A stretch of 63,567 nt of DNA, counting the filler, from Thraustochytrium aureum (lineage: Eukaryota): NCBI GenBank assembly GCA_012862495.1. It is 4 parts of 3 records of this genome, joined end to end, with 100 filler letters (N's around TTAATTAATTAA, not from the genome) between each part and the next. Parts side by side here need not be neighbours in the genome. Positions count along the whole stretch, not along the records: positions 1 to 27,220 come from BLSG01000141.1; 3 more parts are not named here. One strand, 5' to 3'. How positions within the stretch are numbered: position 1 is the stretch's first letter; each line of letters opens with the position of its first letter. Positions 12,448-24,392 of this stretch are shown one piece after another. A program made the position numbers and the translations under genes. The notes beneath the pieces are model-generated. The model ran no database searches and was not told where the DNA came from. It saw nothing but the letters and a program-made list of their open reading frames with translations.

Positions 12448-13103
12448 GGGCCTCTTGAACAAAACGCCGGGAGCACCCCTCCCGCCTCGCCTAGCCTCGG
12501 CCCAGTTGAGCCGCCCGCTTGACCGTGGCTCGATCGGTGCGTCGGCGCGCGTGGCCAGCTCAAAGCGCCCTGGCGTCCGGCGGCCGGTCGTGAGTGTGTG
12601 GCTCAGGTTTCTTTCTTTCAACAGCCGTACTACTAGTACTGGTACTTGGAGTACAGAGCCCTGGCGACGCGGTTGAGGCTGCAATGGTGCAGGAAGAGCG
12701 GCACACCGGGCGACCAGCTTGCCAGCCGCGTACGGTCGCTGGGCCCGCGGGGACTCGGGCCCAGCTTTGACGCACGCTCGGTCCCGCAGCATGTTTCTGA
12801 GGCTGGAGTCTGGACTTGACAAGCCGCCTCAGCCTTGGCTGGAGCGGAGAGGTCCAAGCTGTGCAAATGCAAACCCCTATTCCACGCCACGCCAGTTCTA
12901 CTCTTTTTTTTAAAAGTATATAGAGTTCGGCACGCGCAGGCGCCCGTCCTGGCCTGCGCAATCGCGGTGGGGCGAGGCTGCATGCGCGAAATCGCCGCAG
13001 TTGCGCTTTCACTTCGTGCGACGCATCGCTTGAGGCCGGCAACTTTGCACCTATCGCGGCAGCTCAGTGCTGACAGTTCTTCTGGGCCAAGTGCTCGAGC
13101 TGT

Positions 13104-13562
13104 TCACATGGAGGAAAGTTTGTGTTCGCCCCGGTCTATGGCCACGAGGATGCAAGGGCCTCCGGCGATGACCTCGATGTCGTCCATTCCAGCCACAGCG
13201 TCCATGAGAGCCTTGTCCTCGGCGCCAGGCTGCAGCCAAAAATGCTTAAAGCCCAGCTCTCGCGCATCTTGGATGACCTTGAGCGAGACAGCGGGGGGGG
13301 TGACGATGGAAACGCCGTAGGTCTCGGGCTCGGCCAGGTCGGCGAGCTGCTTCACCTCGATGCCGTCGATTTCTGTGAGCTTGGGGTGCACGGGCACGAC
13401 GGGCAGGCCGGCGTCCTTGTACTTGCGCAGCACCTTGAAGCCGAACTTGGCGCGGTCTGCGGACGCACCCACAACCGCAAAGTGCTGGCAGGCGAAGAAC
13501 CGTCGAGCCATCTCGCGTCCCTTTTCCCCTCGCGGCGCGCCCTTGCCAAGCACCGACCCCAT
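13104..13562 (-). CDS. YccU-like CoA-binding (Rossmann-fold) protein
   Basis: FAVVGASADRAKFGFKVLRKY..GLPVVPVHPKLTEIDG...SIVTPPAVSLKVIQDARELGFKHFWLQPGAED...GPCILV matches the CoA_binding_2/YccU pattern; start MGSVLG at 13562. Confidence 0.88.
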   Translation of the reverse strand: MGSVLGKGAPRGEKGREMARRFFACQHFAVVGASADRAKFGFKVLRKYKDAGLPVVPVHPKLTEIDGIEVKQLADLAEPETYGVSIVTPPAVSLKVIQDARELGFKHFWLQPGAEDKALMDAVAGMDDIEVIAGGPCILVAIDRGEHKLSSM

Positions 13563-15134
13563 GCACGCTCCCTTCGCGCAGCACAGACTGTGGCGTGAGT
13601 CCGCCACTTCGCTGTCTGCCAACTCAACAGTTGGAGCTGCGCGCTTGTCGGCGAGTTGTCCTCGGCGATTTCGCCGCAGCCAGAGCCACCCGCCGCTGCC
13701 GCAGCGCGCCTCTCTCGTGGCGTCCCGGCGCAAGTCAGGCCGGCCAGCCGGCGTCGTCAGGTCTCGCGTCTCGCGCCTGTGCTGGCCGAGTCTCTCTTGA
13801 TCACGAGAGGGCGTCCATGGCGCTCGGTGGGCGGTGTGTTTCGCTCAACGCAACCGGCGAGACGCACCTTGCGTTTCGCTCTTCCGCGGACGGCGGACCT
13901 GGCGCTCAGGTCTGTTCTGGTCTATCGGCGGGTCATACGCCCGCCAACTGGCACGGCTGCTCGGAGCTCCGGCGTTGCTGAGGTTGGGTGAGGTTGGGTG
14001 AGGTTGGGCTGCCTTTGCCTCACGGCAAGCAAGGAGCGGCAAGCACCAGGACTCCTGGTGGATCTACCAACGCAGGGTGGCCGCCGTCCCATAATGCATA
14101 ACGGCATGCGCAACGTTGCGGTCGTTCAAGGAGGATCCTGCTCGGGGTCATCACTGGCCCAGTTCTTGATTGCCTCGGGTAGGATCCGCGTCGAGGCGGC
14201 GAAAGAAAAAGACTCGTCCTCGATACGCGTTGCGCTCATTGTGCGATGACGAGGTGCCTGCCTGACGAGGTGCGGGCTGGGCTTTGGGATGGCTGCTTGC
14301 AAACGAAACGAGATACGAGTGCCTTACGCTGATTGTCAACGCACACGAGGCTGTCGAAACCCGTCGAGAACCTGTCGGTCGAATGACTCGGATCTTCGAA
14401 TTAGCTCGCGAAGGAATGCCTTCAAGTTGAGCTTGCTTTCTGCGTTGTTTTGGTCCAGAGATTAGCAAGCAAGCAGCTGGCCTCCCACTGGGTTTGGCGG
14501 CGCGAAGAAAAAGCAAGCTTGGGCAGACAGCCGTTCCGGGTAAGTACACTTGCTGGCGAAGCCCAAGTCGCAACGAGCCTGCACTGCCTCCGAGTACCTT
14601 CAACTCCCGGGCCCGTCTCGTGCCCTCACAAACGCCAAGCCACCACGAATAGTACGGCGCGCGGCCGGCCAATCATTCTTTGGGCCGCTTCCGGGCGCTG
14701 CTTCGTTAGCGCGGGAGACCGACGAGCGCAGCAGATAGATTGGGGGAAAGAAAACCAAAAGACGAAGCCCAGCCGTGGACGCCGCCGGCCGACCAGCACT
14801 TGGGGCGAGGCAGGCCAAAACAGGCTCCGGCCATTTTGCCTACTCCCACCCACCTTGGCAAAACATCACGCTCCACTTTCGCGGGCTCGGCGCGCGCGCT
14901 GCAGCCAGCATCGAGCAGGTGCCACTCCGACTTGGCAATTCGCTCGAGCCCGTGAGGCGCTGGCGGCGAAGAAGAGCGAGCGAGTTGGCCCCGCTCGCGC
15001 TCCTGCACTCGTTCAAAAGCGCGCATGCAGCGCCAAAAACATGAACGGAATGCAGCAGTCGCGAGCCGCGAGATGTCGGCTCAAGAGTTGCCGTGAAGAG
15101 CGCGGGCTCTTTCGGTCTGCACTGCTGTGCGCCT

Positions 15135-15340
15135 TGCTTGCTTGCTTGCTTGCTTGCTTCTGCTTGCTTGCTGCACTTGATTTCTTTCGATTCGTTGATG
15201 TGAAAGAGCTCGAGGCCAAGCGGGCTCTTTCTTTTCTTTCTTTCTTTCTTTCTTACACTCTCTTGCCTCCATGGACACTCATCCATCCATCCATCCATTC
15301 ATCCACTGCCATCCATCCATCTATCCATGCATCCATCCAG
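15135..15340. repeat. Compound microsatellite (GCTT)n / (TTTC)n / (CATC)n
   Basis: Tetranucleotide runs visible in the long intergenic region upstream of the CNT gene. Confidence 0.85.
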
Positions 15341-17103
15341 TGCAGGACGTCATCGTTGTGCCGGACGTCATCGTTGGTCATCGTTGTGCAGAACGTGAGG
15401 TACACGAGAAGATGAAGTACTGGATGTATTGGTGTATCGGCGTGTCCGACAGCCGAGAGGGCGAGAGAGCCGCCTGCATGGCCTTTTACGAACGAACGAG
15501 GCGCGGGAAAGCGCAAGTCGCGCAAGTCTTACACGGGCTGCTGAGGAAGGCCGGGAGGTAGGCAGCGCGCGAGCGAGTGATGGATGGATGTGAGCGGGTG
15601 GTGGGTGTGGGGGGGATTCACTGCAAGGCGCGAGTGGCGCCCGCGCGGCTTCTTGCCTCTTGCGAAAGAGGTGAGAGGTTTTGACTCAATGTGACGCAGG
15701 GCTGTTTTCCTGCACGCCCCCGCGCAGGTTTATATTGGAGGGGCGCGACGAGAGCCCTCACTACATGTGCACGGACTCTGGAGTGCAGTCCACGCCATGA
15801 AGAGCGGGCAGGCCGCGAACGACTGCCGCTTCCAACCCGCTCACATCGATTCATTTTACGATTCAAGACGGACCGTTCTCGACTGGACTCGCTCTCTGCA
15901 GCTAGCCAGTCTGACGGCTCTGCCTCCTGCCGTGGGGCGAGGGAGTTTGGAGCCGTGTGAGGCGGCGGGCGATCGTTTCACAAAATTGCATCGGGAGCCG
16001 AAATCCGGCGTGTGCATTCATTTGCAGAGCAGGCCGGCCGTTCTGGTCGTCTGGCGCAGTGGACACGGCCATGAGATCAACCAACGCCCGCGAAACCAAG
16101 CCCGTGCGGCGGGTTGCTAGCGGGAGTACTCCGCTCTGCGCAGGACCGCGACACGAGCTTCAAATTTGCTCCTCTACCACCGCCCCCCAGCCAGCTACGA
16201 GCGGCTGGGCTGATGAACGCAAGGCGAAAGCGACACAAAGCTCGCACCTCTCCGCAGAGGCGACGAGCGAGCCCAACGCATCAAATCGCCCCAGCAACGA
16301 GCGCTTGAAGGGTGGCGATAGGCACTCTACCTTCCCTTGCGAAGAAAAATCTGTGTTCGCGTTGCCAAGTGAGGCTGGCGCGCTTTGAATGCCTAGCCAA
16401 GTCGAAAGGAAAGCGCCCAAGGCAACGCCTCTGCGTGCGTTGTCCAGGTGACCAACTGGGCTTGCAGGATTGGGAGCCTTTTGAGCCGCGCGACCGCGCG
16501 GTGGTTGCGGTGAGAAATAGACTTCCNNNNNNNNNNNNNNNNNNNNNNNNNNNNNNNNNNNNNNNNNNNNNNNNNNNNNNNNNNNNNNNNNNNNNNNNNN
16601 NNNNNNNNNNNNNNNNNNNNNNNNNNNNNNNNNNNNNNNNNNNNNNNNNNNNNNNNNNNNNNNNNNNNNNNNNNNNNNNNNNNNNNNNNNNNNNCCATGC
16701 TTTCGCCTGCGCTGCTGTTCTTAGCGTTTCTCGCGTGCGTGGATGTACAGCGCTTGGCGTAACGTGTCGTTTCGTCCAAGGTGCGTCGCGGCCGAGGCAG
16801 TGTGTAATCGATCGATCTACTTTCCTTGACTCTGATGACCAGAGTTTTCGACCTGCGCCTCCTTCCCTCTTCAAGCACCCTTGCCCTCATGCACAGCTCT
16901 TGCGATCCCTGTCTTATCTGTCAAATAGGTGGCGTGGCCCCTTGCCACAAGGCACAAGCACTGGCACCCGCTGCTCGCACCGGCCTAGTTCCACTCGGCA
17001 GACCCGCAACGCACCGCACATTGAGCACGCCTGCAAGCTTCTGAGCCCACACACACAACAAACTCACTCGCAAGATGAGCAAGGACGTAGAGACCGCCGC
17101 GTC

Positions 17104-18756
17104 ATGGACGTGGACGGCGACTTTGAGGATGTTGGGGAGGATCAGGGCCCCGAGACCCTCTCCACCAAGCTCCGCCGCTTTGCCTGGATCCTCATCAAGG
17201 TGCTCGCCGTCCTCGGCCTGGTCGCCTACACGATCGCGGCCTGGGCCATCGACTTTCAGCGCGCCAAGCCCCTCCTCTACTACTGGTTGTTCATCGCCTT
17301 CGTCGTTTGCTACAAGCTGGTCTTCAAGTTCTACGGCGAGGCGGTCAACAAGGGCCTGACCAACATCAGCGACACCGTCAGCAGGCTGCATGAGAACCGC
17401 ATCGTCCCCATTGTCGAAGGCATCGTCACCATCGGCATCATCGCTCTCGTGATTGGCCTGACCATCGACGATGCGAGCCGCCTCATCTCCCTCGCCGGCA
17501 TTGTCGTCATCGTTCTCCTGACCTGGTTGATCTCCTGGAAGCCGACCAAGGTGATCTGGCGCCCGGTCTTTGGCGGGCTCCTGTTCCAGTTTGTCTTTGC
17601 CTTCCTCATCCTCCGCACGGACGCCGGCTTCAACTTTTTCGACTTTCTGGGCGCCCAGTTCACCAACCTCCTCGACTACGTCAAGGCCGGGTCTGGCTTT
17701 GTTTTTGGCTGGATGGTCAACCCCCTGGATTACGCGTACATTAACCCTGCCACTGGCGTCGCAGTGCCCGGCTCGCTCTTCCCTGTGTTCGCCGTCAACG
17801 TGCTGCCGACCGTCATCTTCTTCTCGGCTTTCGTGAGCGTGCTCTACTACATTGGAATCCTCCAGGTGCTCGTCCGCGTCATCGGCCGCTTCCTCGCCAT
17901 CCTTCTCGGCACGTCGGCCTCCGAGTCGCTCAGCGCTGCGGGCAACATCTTTGTCGGCCAGACCGAGGCCCCGCTCCTGATTCGCCCCTTCCTCAAGGAC
18001 ATGACCGAGTCTGAGATTCACGCCGTTATGACTGGTGGCTTTGCCACCATCGCCGGTGGTGTGCTCGGCTACTTTATCTTCATTGGCATCAGCGCGAGCC
18101 ACCTTCTCGCGGCCAGTGTCATGTCGGCTCCCGCCGCCCTGGCCATCTCCAAGCTCACGTTCCCCGAGACTGAGATCTCCAAGACCCGCGCCGGGGAGAA
18201 GTTCGAGATCGAGTCCCCGCCCTACGTCAACGCTATCGCTGCCGCCGCCGACGGTGCGATGGTTGCCGTGCAGCTCGCACTCAACATCGCCGGTCAGCTC
18301 ATTGCCTTCCTCGCTCTCGTTGCCATGTTGAACAACTGGCTCGGCTACTTTGGCTCCTTTATCGACCAGGACGACCTCAGCTTCGAGAAGCTGTGCGGCT
18401 GGATCTTCTACCCGTTTGCCTTCCTGATGGGCGTCGAGGGCAAGGACTGCGAGACTATCGCCACGCTTCTCGGTGTGAAGATCTTCACCAACGAGTTTGT
18501 CGCTTTCGAGCGCCTCGCCGGGGTTATTGCGGTGGGTGGCATCTCCCGCCGTAGCGAGATCATCGCCACTTACGCTCTGTGCGGCTTTGCCAACTTTGGC
18601 TCGATCGGCATCCAGATCGGCGGCCTCACCCCGCTTGCCCCGGAGCGCACCAAGTCGATCACCAAGCTCGTCTTCTCGGCGATGATTGCTGGCAACACGG
18701 CGTGCTTCCTGACCGCCTGCGTGGCCGGCCTGCTGTACGACGATGCCCGCGCTTAA
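17104..18756 (+). CDS. Concentrative nucleoside transporter (CNT/SLC28/NupC family)
   Basis: VIWRPVFGGLLFQF, AGSGFVFG, FAVNVLPTVIFFSAFVSVLYYIG, ESLSAAGNIFVGQTEAPLLIRPFL, SEIHAVMTGGFATIAGGV, LLAASVMSAPAALA, NEFVAF and YALCGFANFGSIGIQIGG; strongly biased codons. The true start may be ATG 17075 (MSKDVETAA) with one base missing. Confidence 0.96.
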   Translation: MDVDGDFEDVGEDQGPETLSTKLRRFAWILIKVLAVLGLVAYTIAAWAIDFQRAKPLLYYWLFIAFVVCYKLVFKFYGEAVNKGLTNISDTVSRLHENRIVPIVEGIVTIGIIALVIGLTIDDASRLISLAGIVVIVLLTWLISWKPTKVIWRPVFGGLLFQFVFAFLILRTDAGFNFFDFLGAQFTNLLDYVKAGSGFVFGWMVNPLDYAYINPATGVAVPGSLFPVFAVNVLPTVIFFSAFVSVLYYIGILQVLVRVIGRFLAILLGTSASESLSAAGNIFVGQTEAPLLIRPFLKDMTESEIHAVMTGGFATIAGGVLGYFIFIGISASHLLAASVMSAPAALAISKLTFPETEISKTRAGEKFEIESPPYVNAIAAAADGAMVAVQLALNIAGQLIAFLALVAMLNNWLGYFGSFIDQDDLSFEKLCGWIFYPFAFLMGVEGKDCETIATLLGVKIFTNEFVAFERLAGVIAVGGISRRSEIIATYALCGFANFGSIGIQIGGLTPLAPERTKSITKLVFSAMIAGNTACFLTACVAGLLYDDARA

Positions 18757-19901
18757 AGAGCCCGGGTGATTGCGGGCAATCCGCGCCCTAGCGCTGCGCC
18801 CCTTCAAGCGATCCAGTTCGAATCCACCTTAGTAGAAAAAAAGCCAACCCCTGTGTTTCCTTTCACTTGCTGCGAGGACTCCTCGGCACGTTCGAGCGCT
18901 CGAGGACGCGCTCGAGGACGGGATGTCGAGTACTCTCCTCGCGCACTGGGAAGTTGGGCAGGAAGGATGTTGGGACCTCGAGGACGCAAATGCCCTCCGC
19001 GGGCAAACCACCTATCGCGCACTTGCTGGGGCTCCACCTCCGCTCACCATGCAAGCAAGGTGCTTCGGTTGAGCTCGTGCGAAAGCACGAACGGCATTTC
19101 GGAGACCGGTGCAAGGCCGTGTGACGTGGCGCAGCTCCCAGCTACCAAACATAACCAGCGCCAACCTGCGAGGGCCCATCTCCACAAGGAAGCAAGCAAG
19201 CGCAGGCAGCCCCAGGCATCCGGATTCCGGGGGATTCCGGATCCCGCCGTCCCGTCCCGACCGTCCCGTCCCGACCGTCGCCTCGCCGGACGCGAATCTC
19301 AAAAGTGCCATGATGATGTGACAATCAATGAACCTGAATACCCAATGAACAACGAACGGTACCGGCTCTTCGGTTCTGGCTGGACTCGCCGACCAAACGC
19401 ATCGCAAAACGCCTTCAAATCGCTCTGTCCGATGTTATAGGATAACGGGCGGAGTGGAGCAGCAGCTGTCTTTGTTGTTGTTGTTGTTGTTGTTGTTGTT
19501 GGAGAAGCAGCGTCGACCAGCCGNNNNNNNNNNNNNNNNNNNNNNNNNNNNNNNNNNNNNNNNNNNNNNNNNNNNNNNNNNNNNNNNNNNNNNNNNNNNN
19601 NNNNNNNNNNNNNNNNNNNNNNNNNNNNNNNNNNNNNNNNNNNNNNNNNNNNNNNNGCGTCGACCAGCCGATTCTGTCCGGGCAGACCCTGAAAGAGAGC
19701 GCTGCGCGCCTGGTTGCCCTCGACCGGCAGCAGGTACCCAGGTCGCCAGGGTGCAAGGCCGTTCGTTGGCAGTGCCGGTTGCCGTGCTTCGATCGGCCTG
19801 GAGGAAGGGATCCGCCCCAACCCGCCGACCCGCCGACCCGCCGAGCTGCCGTGCTGCCGTGTGCTGTCTGCCACCTTGTTGGAGATTGTCGGGCAGCCAC
19901 A

Positions 19902-21263
19902 ATGTCGTACGGGGACGGCCGAGGGGGCGCCGGTGGCATTGGCGGCCAGCAACAGACGTTTTCGTTCCCCATGCTCTCGCCCGCAGAGATCCTGGCCACT
20001 TGGGACGACGTGCCACTGCAAGCCAAAGACTTGGAAAAACCGTCCGCTGCCTCTGTGCGAGCCGTCTACGAGACGTTGTGCGAGCAGTGCATCGGCCCCA
20101 TGACGCGCGAGGAGATCAACAACCCGAACGAAGACGCTATGGGGCACATCGAGTTCCCCGAGCTCCACGACGAGGCGATTCCGCAGCTCACGTTCTTTCG
20201 GTACGTCAATCGGCTGCTGGTCGCTGCAGGGGTGCACGACTTCCAGATGAACGATATCCTCAAGCCGGAACCAAAAAGGTTCCGCCGCAACTTGTGCGCT
20301 GTCATCAACTTTCAAAAGTTTCGACTCGAGCGCCTCGAAGCCTTCGAACAACTCCACCTCGAATACGCCGCGCTTTGCGACGAAAAGGCCGCTCTTGAGG
20401 AGTCTTGCGCATCCATCGAGCAAAAGATCAACCAGATCCAGCTCAAGCGCGAGGAAGAGCGCCCTGTGGCAGATGCTCTTCGCAAGGAGGTCCGCGAGCT
20501 CGAGGGCGAACTCAAACAAAGCAACTTGGAACACGCCAACCTGCAGCAAGAGCTCAAGCAGCTCAAGACCAAGTCCCACGAATTGAAAGACTACTTGGCC
20601 ACCCTGCACTTCCAAGAACTAAACCTGCAGCAAGAGTGCGAGCGCATGGAGCAAAACATCGTTCGCTCCCCAGAGCGTCTCAAGAGCGAGCTCGCGCAGC
20701 AGCACCGCGAGCTCGACGCTGTCAGGGAGGAGACGGAGCGTCTCGCCGAGCATCGCGCTGATCTTCGCAGCAAAGCGGAGGCGCTCGAGCGCGCAAAGTC
20801 CCAGAGCTCGGAGCTGCTACAGCTCATCGCAAAGGTCGAGAAGGCCATGAACGAGTGCAAGGCAGCGGCAAAAGACACCAAGCGAATGACGGCCTCCATC
20901 AAGGACCACGGCAACGCGATGCGCCAGCTGTATGCGCAAAAGGCCGAGGTGGGGCGCCAGATTGAAATCAGCCAAGACCGCCTCGACCGCCTCTCCAAAA
21001 CCAAGTCACTCAAGATTGCTGCAGCCAACCACGCGCTCAACGAGGCGCGCCAAGAGCGCGACGCACTTCACGCCGCAAACAGGGCCGCGCTCGCCGAGAC
21101 TGCGGCCAGGGAGGACGAGATCGCCGAGCTGGAGCGCCAGATCGCAGCGCAAAAGGCCTTGCATGCCAAGGAGATCGACCGCCGCCGCGATGCCTTGCGC
21201 CGCCTCGACAACGTGGTCGAGTCGAGCTCTGCGGCGCTCTTCGAGCACCTGCAGGCGGCGTGA
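19902..21263 (+). CDS. NUF2: Kinetochore protein Nuf2 (Ndc80 complex)
   Basis: FSFPMLSPAEI..DLEKPS..VRAVYE; DFQMNDILKPEPKRFRRNLCAVINFQKFR (Nuf2 CH domain); long coiled coil including IVRSPERLK. Confidence 0.93.
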   Translation: MSYGDGRGGAGGIGGQQQTFSFPMLSPAEILATWDDVPLQAKDLEKPSAASVRAVYETLCEQCIGPMTREEINNPNEDAMGHIEFPELHDEAIPQLTFFRYVNRLLVAAGVHDFQMNDILKPEPKRFRRNLCAVINFQKFRLERLEAFEQLHLEYAALCDEKAALEESCASIEQKINQIQLKREEERPVADALRKEVRELEGELKQSNLEHANLQQELKQLKTKSHELKDYLATLHFQELNLQQECERMEQNIVRSPERLKSELAQQHRELDAVREETERLAEHRADLRSKAEALERAKSQSSELLQLIAKVEKAMNECKAAAKDTKRMTASIKDHGNAMRQLYAQKAEVGRQIEISQDRLDRLSKTKSLKIAAANHALNEARQERDALHAANRAALAETAAREDEIAELERQIAAQKALHAKEIDRRRDALRRLDNVVESSSAALFEHLQAA

Positions 21264-21738
21264 GCTACCTGTACCACTACCAACAACAACTCTACCAACA
21301 GTCTCTGCGCCAAACGCTTTGCTCGGTGGCGAGGTGCCGGCTTGTTTGCGGAGCAGCAGGAGGGCGTTGCCCTGCATGCATGCAGCGCCGCGTGCGCGTG
21401 CGCGCGAAAGTGGGTCCGAAACCCTGTCCATGATTCACCTACCCCTCTTCTGGTGCTTGCTGGTCCTGAGGTCAGTGAACTGGCGTGCGGCGGCCCACGA
21501 GATCAGCGCGCGCAAGGCCGCTCCCACCTTTAAAAGCACAAGGGTTTAGCAGCCAACGTAGCAGGCGAGAAGGATTGATTTGAATTTTTGATGGCCGACA
21601 CTCTCGCTGGACCTGGCCCTGCAGACCGTAAAGCGGGAAGGCGAGGGGAGCGGGGAGGCGGGGAGGCATCGGGGGCGCCCGTGCTGGCGATCGCCGCACC
21701 GTGCGTGTCGACGCGCGCAGGAGCGCCGAAGGGGGGCA

Positions 21739-24221
21739 ATGGCCAGGATGCGCGTGTGCGGTCACGGCGCCCACATCGCCGGGTCCATGGTCGTGTTTGA
21801 TGACTTTACAAGCAAGGCTGAAGGACTCGTGTACTTCCTGTCGCACGCTCACCGCGACCATTGCGCTGGGCTGAGCAACAGCTGGGACCGGGGACCTATT
21901 TACTGCACGCGCGAAACGCGCTTGGTGATGTCCCACAGGTTCCCTGGGCTTGCGCCACGCCTGCGAGAGCTGCCTTGCGACGGCCAGGAGGCCACCTCTA
22001 TCTTTGTCGGCGACGATCAGCAAGTAGAACTGCGCGTTTGGGCGATGGACGCCAACCACTGCCCGGGAAGCGCGATTTTTGTCGTGGAGGGCTACTTTGG
22101 CCGCGTGTGCTTCACGGGCGACTTTCGACTCGAGCGCTCCGTGCTGCAGGACCCGCTCTTTGCCACTCGATACGCGGCGCTGGTGTCGCAGCCCTGTGAC
22201 GTGCTCTTCGCGGATACAACGCACCAGGGCTTGCTCCCCGTGCTCCCACCTCGCGATCAGCTCGAAGCAATGCTCGAGCGCACAGTCCAGCTGTACCCCT
22301 CCAACGCGGTGTTCGTCTTTGGCGGCGAGTTTGGCAAGGAAGAGATGATCGTTCGCGTCGCTCGCGCCATAGGCTCGCGCGTGGCTGTCCCGGAAGCCAC
22401 CTTTCGCGAGTACGAGGCGCTGGGCCGGGCCGATCTGACCCAGCACATGGTCTGGCGAGACGAGGAAAGGTGAGTTGCGCGAGCGTCCGCGCGTCGGGTC
22501 TCGCTCCCCTTTGCCCGTTTTCGACTGTTTTCGAGCGGCTTGCTAACATGTGAGGACCGCGCAGGCCGTCGTGCCGGGTCGTGATCAAGCTCCGCACCCA
22601 AATCAACGAAGGCAACCTCCGGAGCCTGAACGAAACCCATTCCGGCCGACCGATCATTGGCATCCTCTTGCAGGGCGCTTGCATCAACGGGCGGCGCTGC
22701 GTTGCGGCCAACGCGGAAACCCATTCGCTCCCGCGCGTCCTCTGCACGGAGGCGCAGCTGGCCAACTTGAAACGCGTGTCACGAATCTACCCGGCCCACA
22801 TGCCAACGTTCCTGCTCGTCCCGTACACGCTCCACGCGTCCAAGGAGGAGCTGGACCTCTTTTGCAGCACGGTCCGCCACGCTGAGCTCGTTGGCTTTCC
22901 GAAGAAGCATGACGCCGCGGCGCCCTTTGCGCACCATGCGACGGGACCAGACCCGGCCCGATTGGCCGCAATTGAGGCGGCTACTGAGCAAGCGGCCGCG
23001 CTCCTCGCACGCGGCCCCAAGCCTTCGGCCGCTGCCGCCCGCCGGGACGCTATCTTGCAGCATGGTCTCCGCAAGGCGCGAGCCGCGCGGCCGCGCCGCC
23101 GCCAAGCGCCTAGGCAGCGAGCTGCGTTTGCGGGAACGCCGAGCCCCGAGCGTCGGCTTGCCAATTGCGACGACCATGGCAATAGAGGCGAGGACGTGGC
23201 GATCCAGGTCAAGGAGGAGCCGCCAGGACAGGCTTCGCCAGCCCGCTGCGGTGATAAAGCTCGCAAAATGTCGATCGTGGCTCACCGCGTCGCTCAACCG
23301 CTCGCCGAGGCAGACGTTGTGGCGGATGCCTGTGAGCCGCTCCCGATTCCGCCGCCGCCTCTCGGCTCGAGGGGCTCTACGCAGCACAGNNNNNNNNNNN
23401 NNNNNNNNNNNNNNNNNNNNNNNNNNNNNNNNNNNNNNNNNNNNNNNNNNNNNNNNNNNNNNNNNNNNNNNNNNNNNNNNNNNNNNNNNNNNNNNNNNNN
23501 NNNNNNNNNNNNNNNNNNNNNNNNNNNNNNNNNNNNNNNAGTGCAGGTCGAGCAGCGCTTGGCCGTGCCAAAGCGCCGGCGGAGAGAGTCTCGCCGCCGT
23601 TCCGAAAAGGCAGAGCGTGATGACTACATACTCGCTGCACGTCGCGCTGCGCGACTCCTCGCCATGGCCCCGCCTCTTGCGGCGGACAGCGCCGGCAACC
23701 ATTGTCCCGGCGCAGAGGGCATGGGAAGGTCGCCGCAGCGGGACAAACGCACCAAGAGAGAAATCGCAATGCCGCGTTCCCGCACTGGCGGGAAAGAGCT
23801 CGACGCGCGAGTGGAGGCGGCAGCCCAAGTGCCCTGGAGCGATGCGCACGACGCGATCGCGATATCGCTGGGGAAGAACTACAGGAACAGGACGAGCGAG
23901 GTGTACAAATCGCTGTGCGAGGTGGCGGCCTCTTTCGGGCGCAGCGAGCGGGACTGCTTGAAGCGGTATCGCAAGCTCGCCCGACGGGCGCAACGTGCGA
24001 CCGTGCCCGCGCTCCACGACGAGGTCTTTGCGCGGCCTCGCGAAGTTGACGTTGACACGGCAAGCTCAGATGATGGGCGCGGCAAGACGCCGGCGGTGCG
24101 CTCCCCAGCACGCGCGTGGAGGCGCCGAGTCCAGGGATGCTCTCGCGGTAGCTGTGCGAATGCGTATCGTTGCAGGCACGACAGCGCTGGCTCGCCGACC
24201 TTTGGCGCTGAGGGCCAATGA
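21739..24221 (+). CDS. SNM1/Apollo/Artemis-family metallo-beta-lactamase/beta-CASP nuclease; exon 1 21739-22469, exon 2 from 22565; C-terminal Myb/SANT-like segment
   Basis: YFLSHAHRDHCAGL, PIYCTRET, DANHCPGSAIF, FTGDFR, LFADTT, FGKEE and VPYTLHASKEEL (beta-CASP His). The intron restores the frame (…DEER|PSCRVVIKL). Gap at 23390-23539. Confidence 0.9.
22470..22564 (+). other. Spliceosomal intron (95 nt)
   Basis: GTGAGT donor, TGCTAAC branch site at 22541 and GCAG acceptor; removal joins the two ORFs in frame. Confidence 0.9.
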
Positions 24222-24392
24222 AAGCTTCAACGGCAAGGCTTTGGAGGAGAGACGGATCTACTCTGCAGGGGAACAGGACGGACGTTTACTGTAAGGTGAA
24301 GTGTATGGTAGAGCGGCTGGAACATGAGCCGTGCGCCGGCTGGCCAACCTCTAGATCATGCGTGGCCTTTGGGCCCGCCTTTGGGCCAGGCC

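Noticed and set aside
13740..17070. Protein-coding or RNA genes in the 3.3-kb region between the CoA-binding gene and CNT
   Set aside because: Only short Arg/Ala-rich ORFs and microsatellites; no tRNA, snRNA or domain signature recognisable by eye.
16921..18807. Long antisense ORF (628 aa) over the CNT gene, and similar shadows over the kinase, NUF2 and bromodomain genes
   Set aside because: Expected by-product of high GC3 codon bias on the sense strand; no recognisable protein features.
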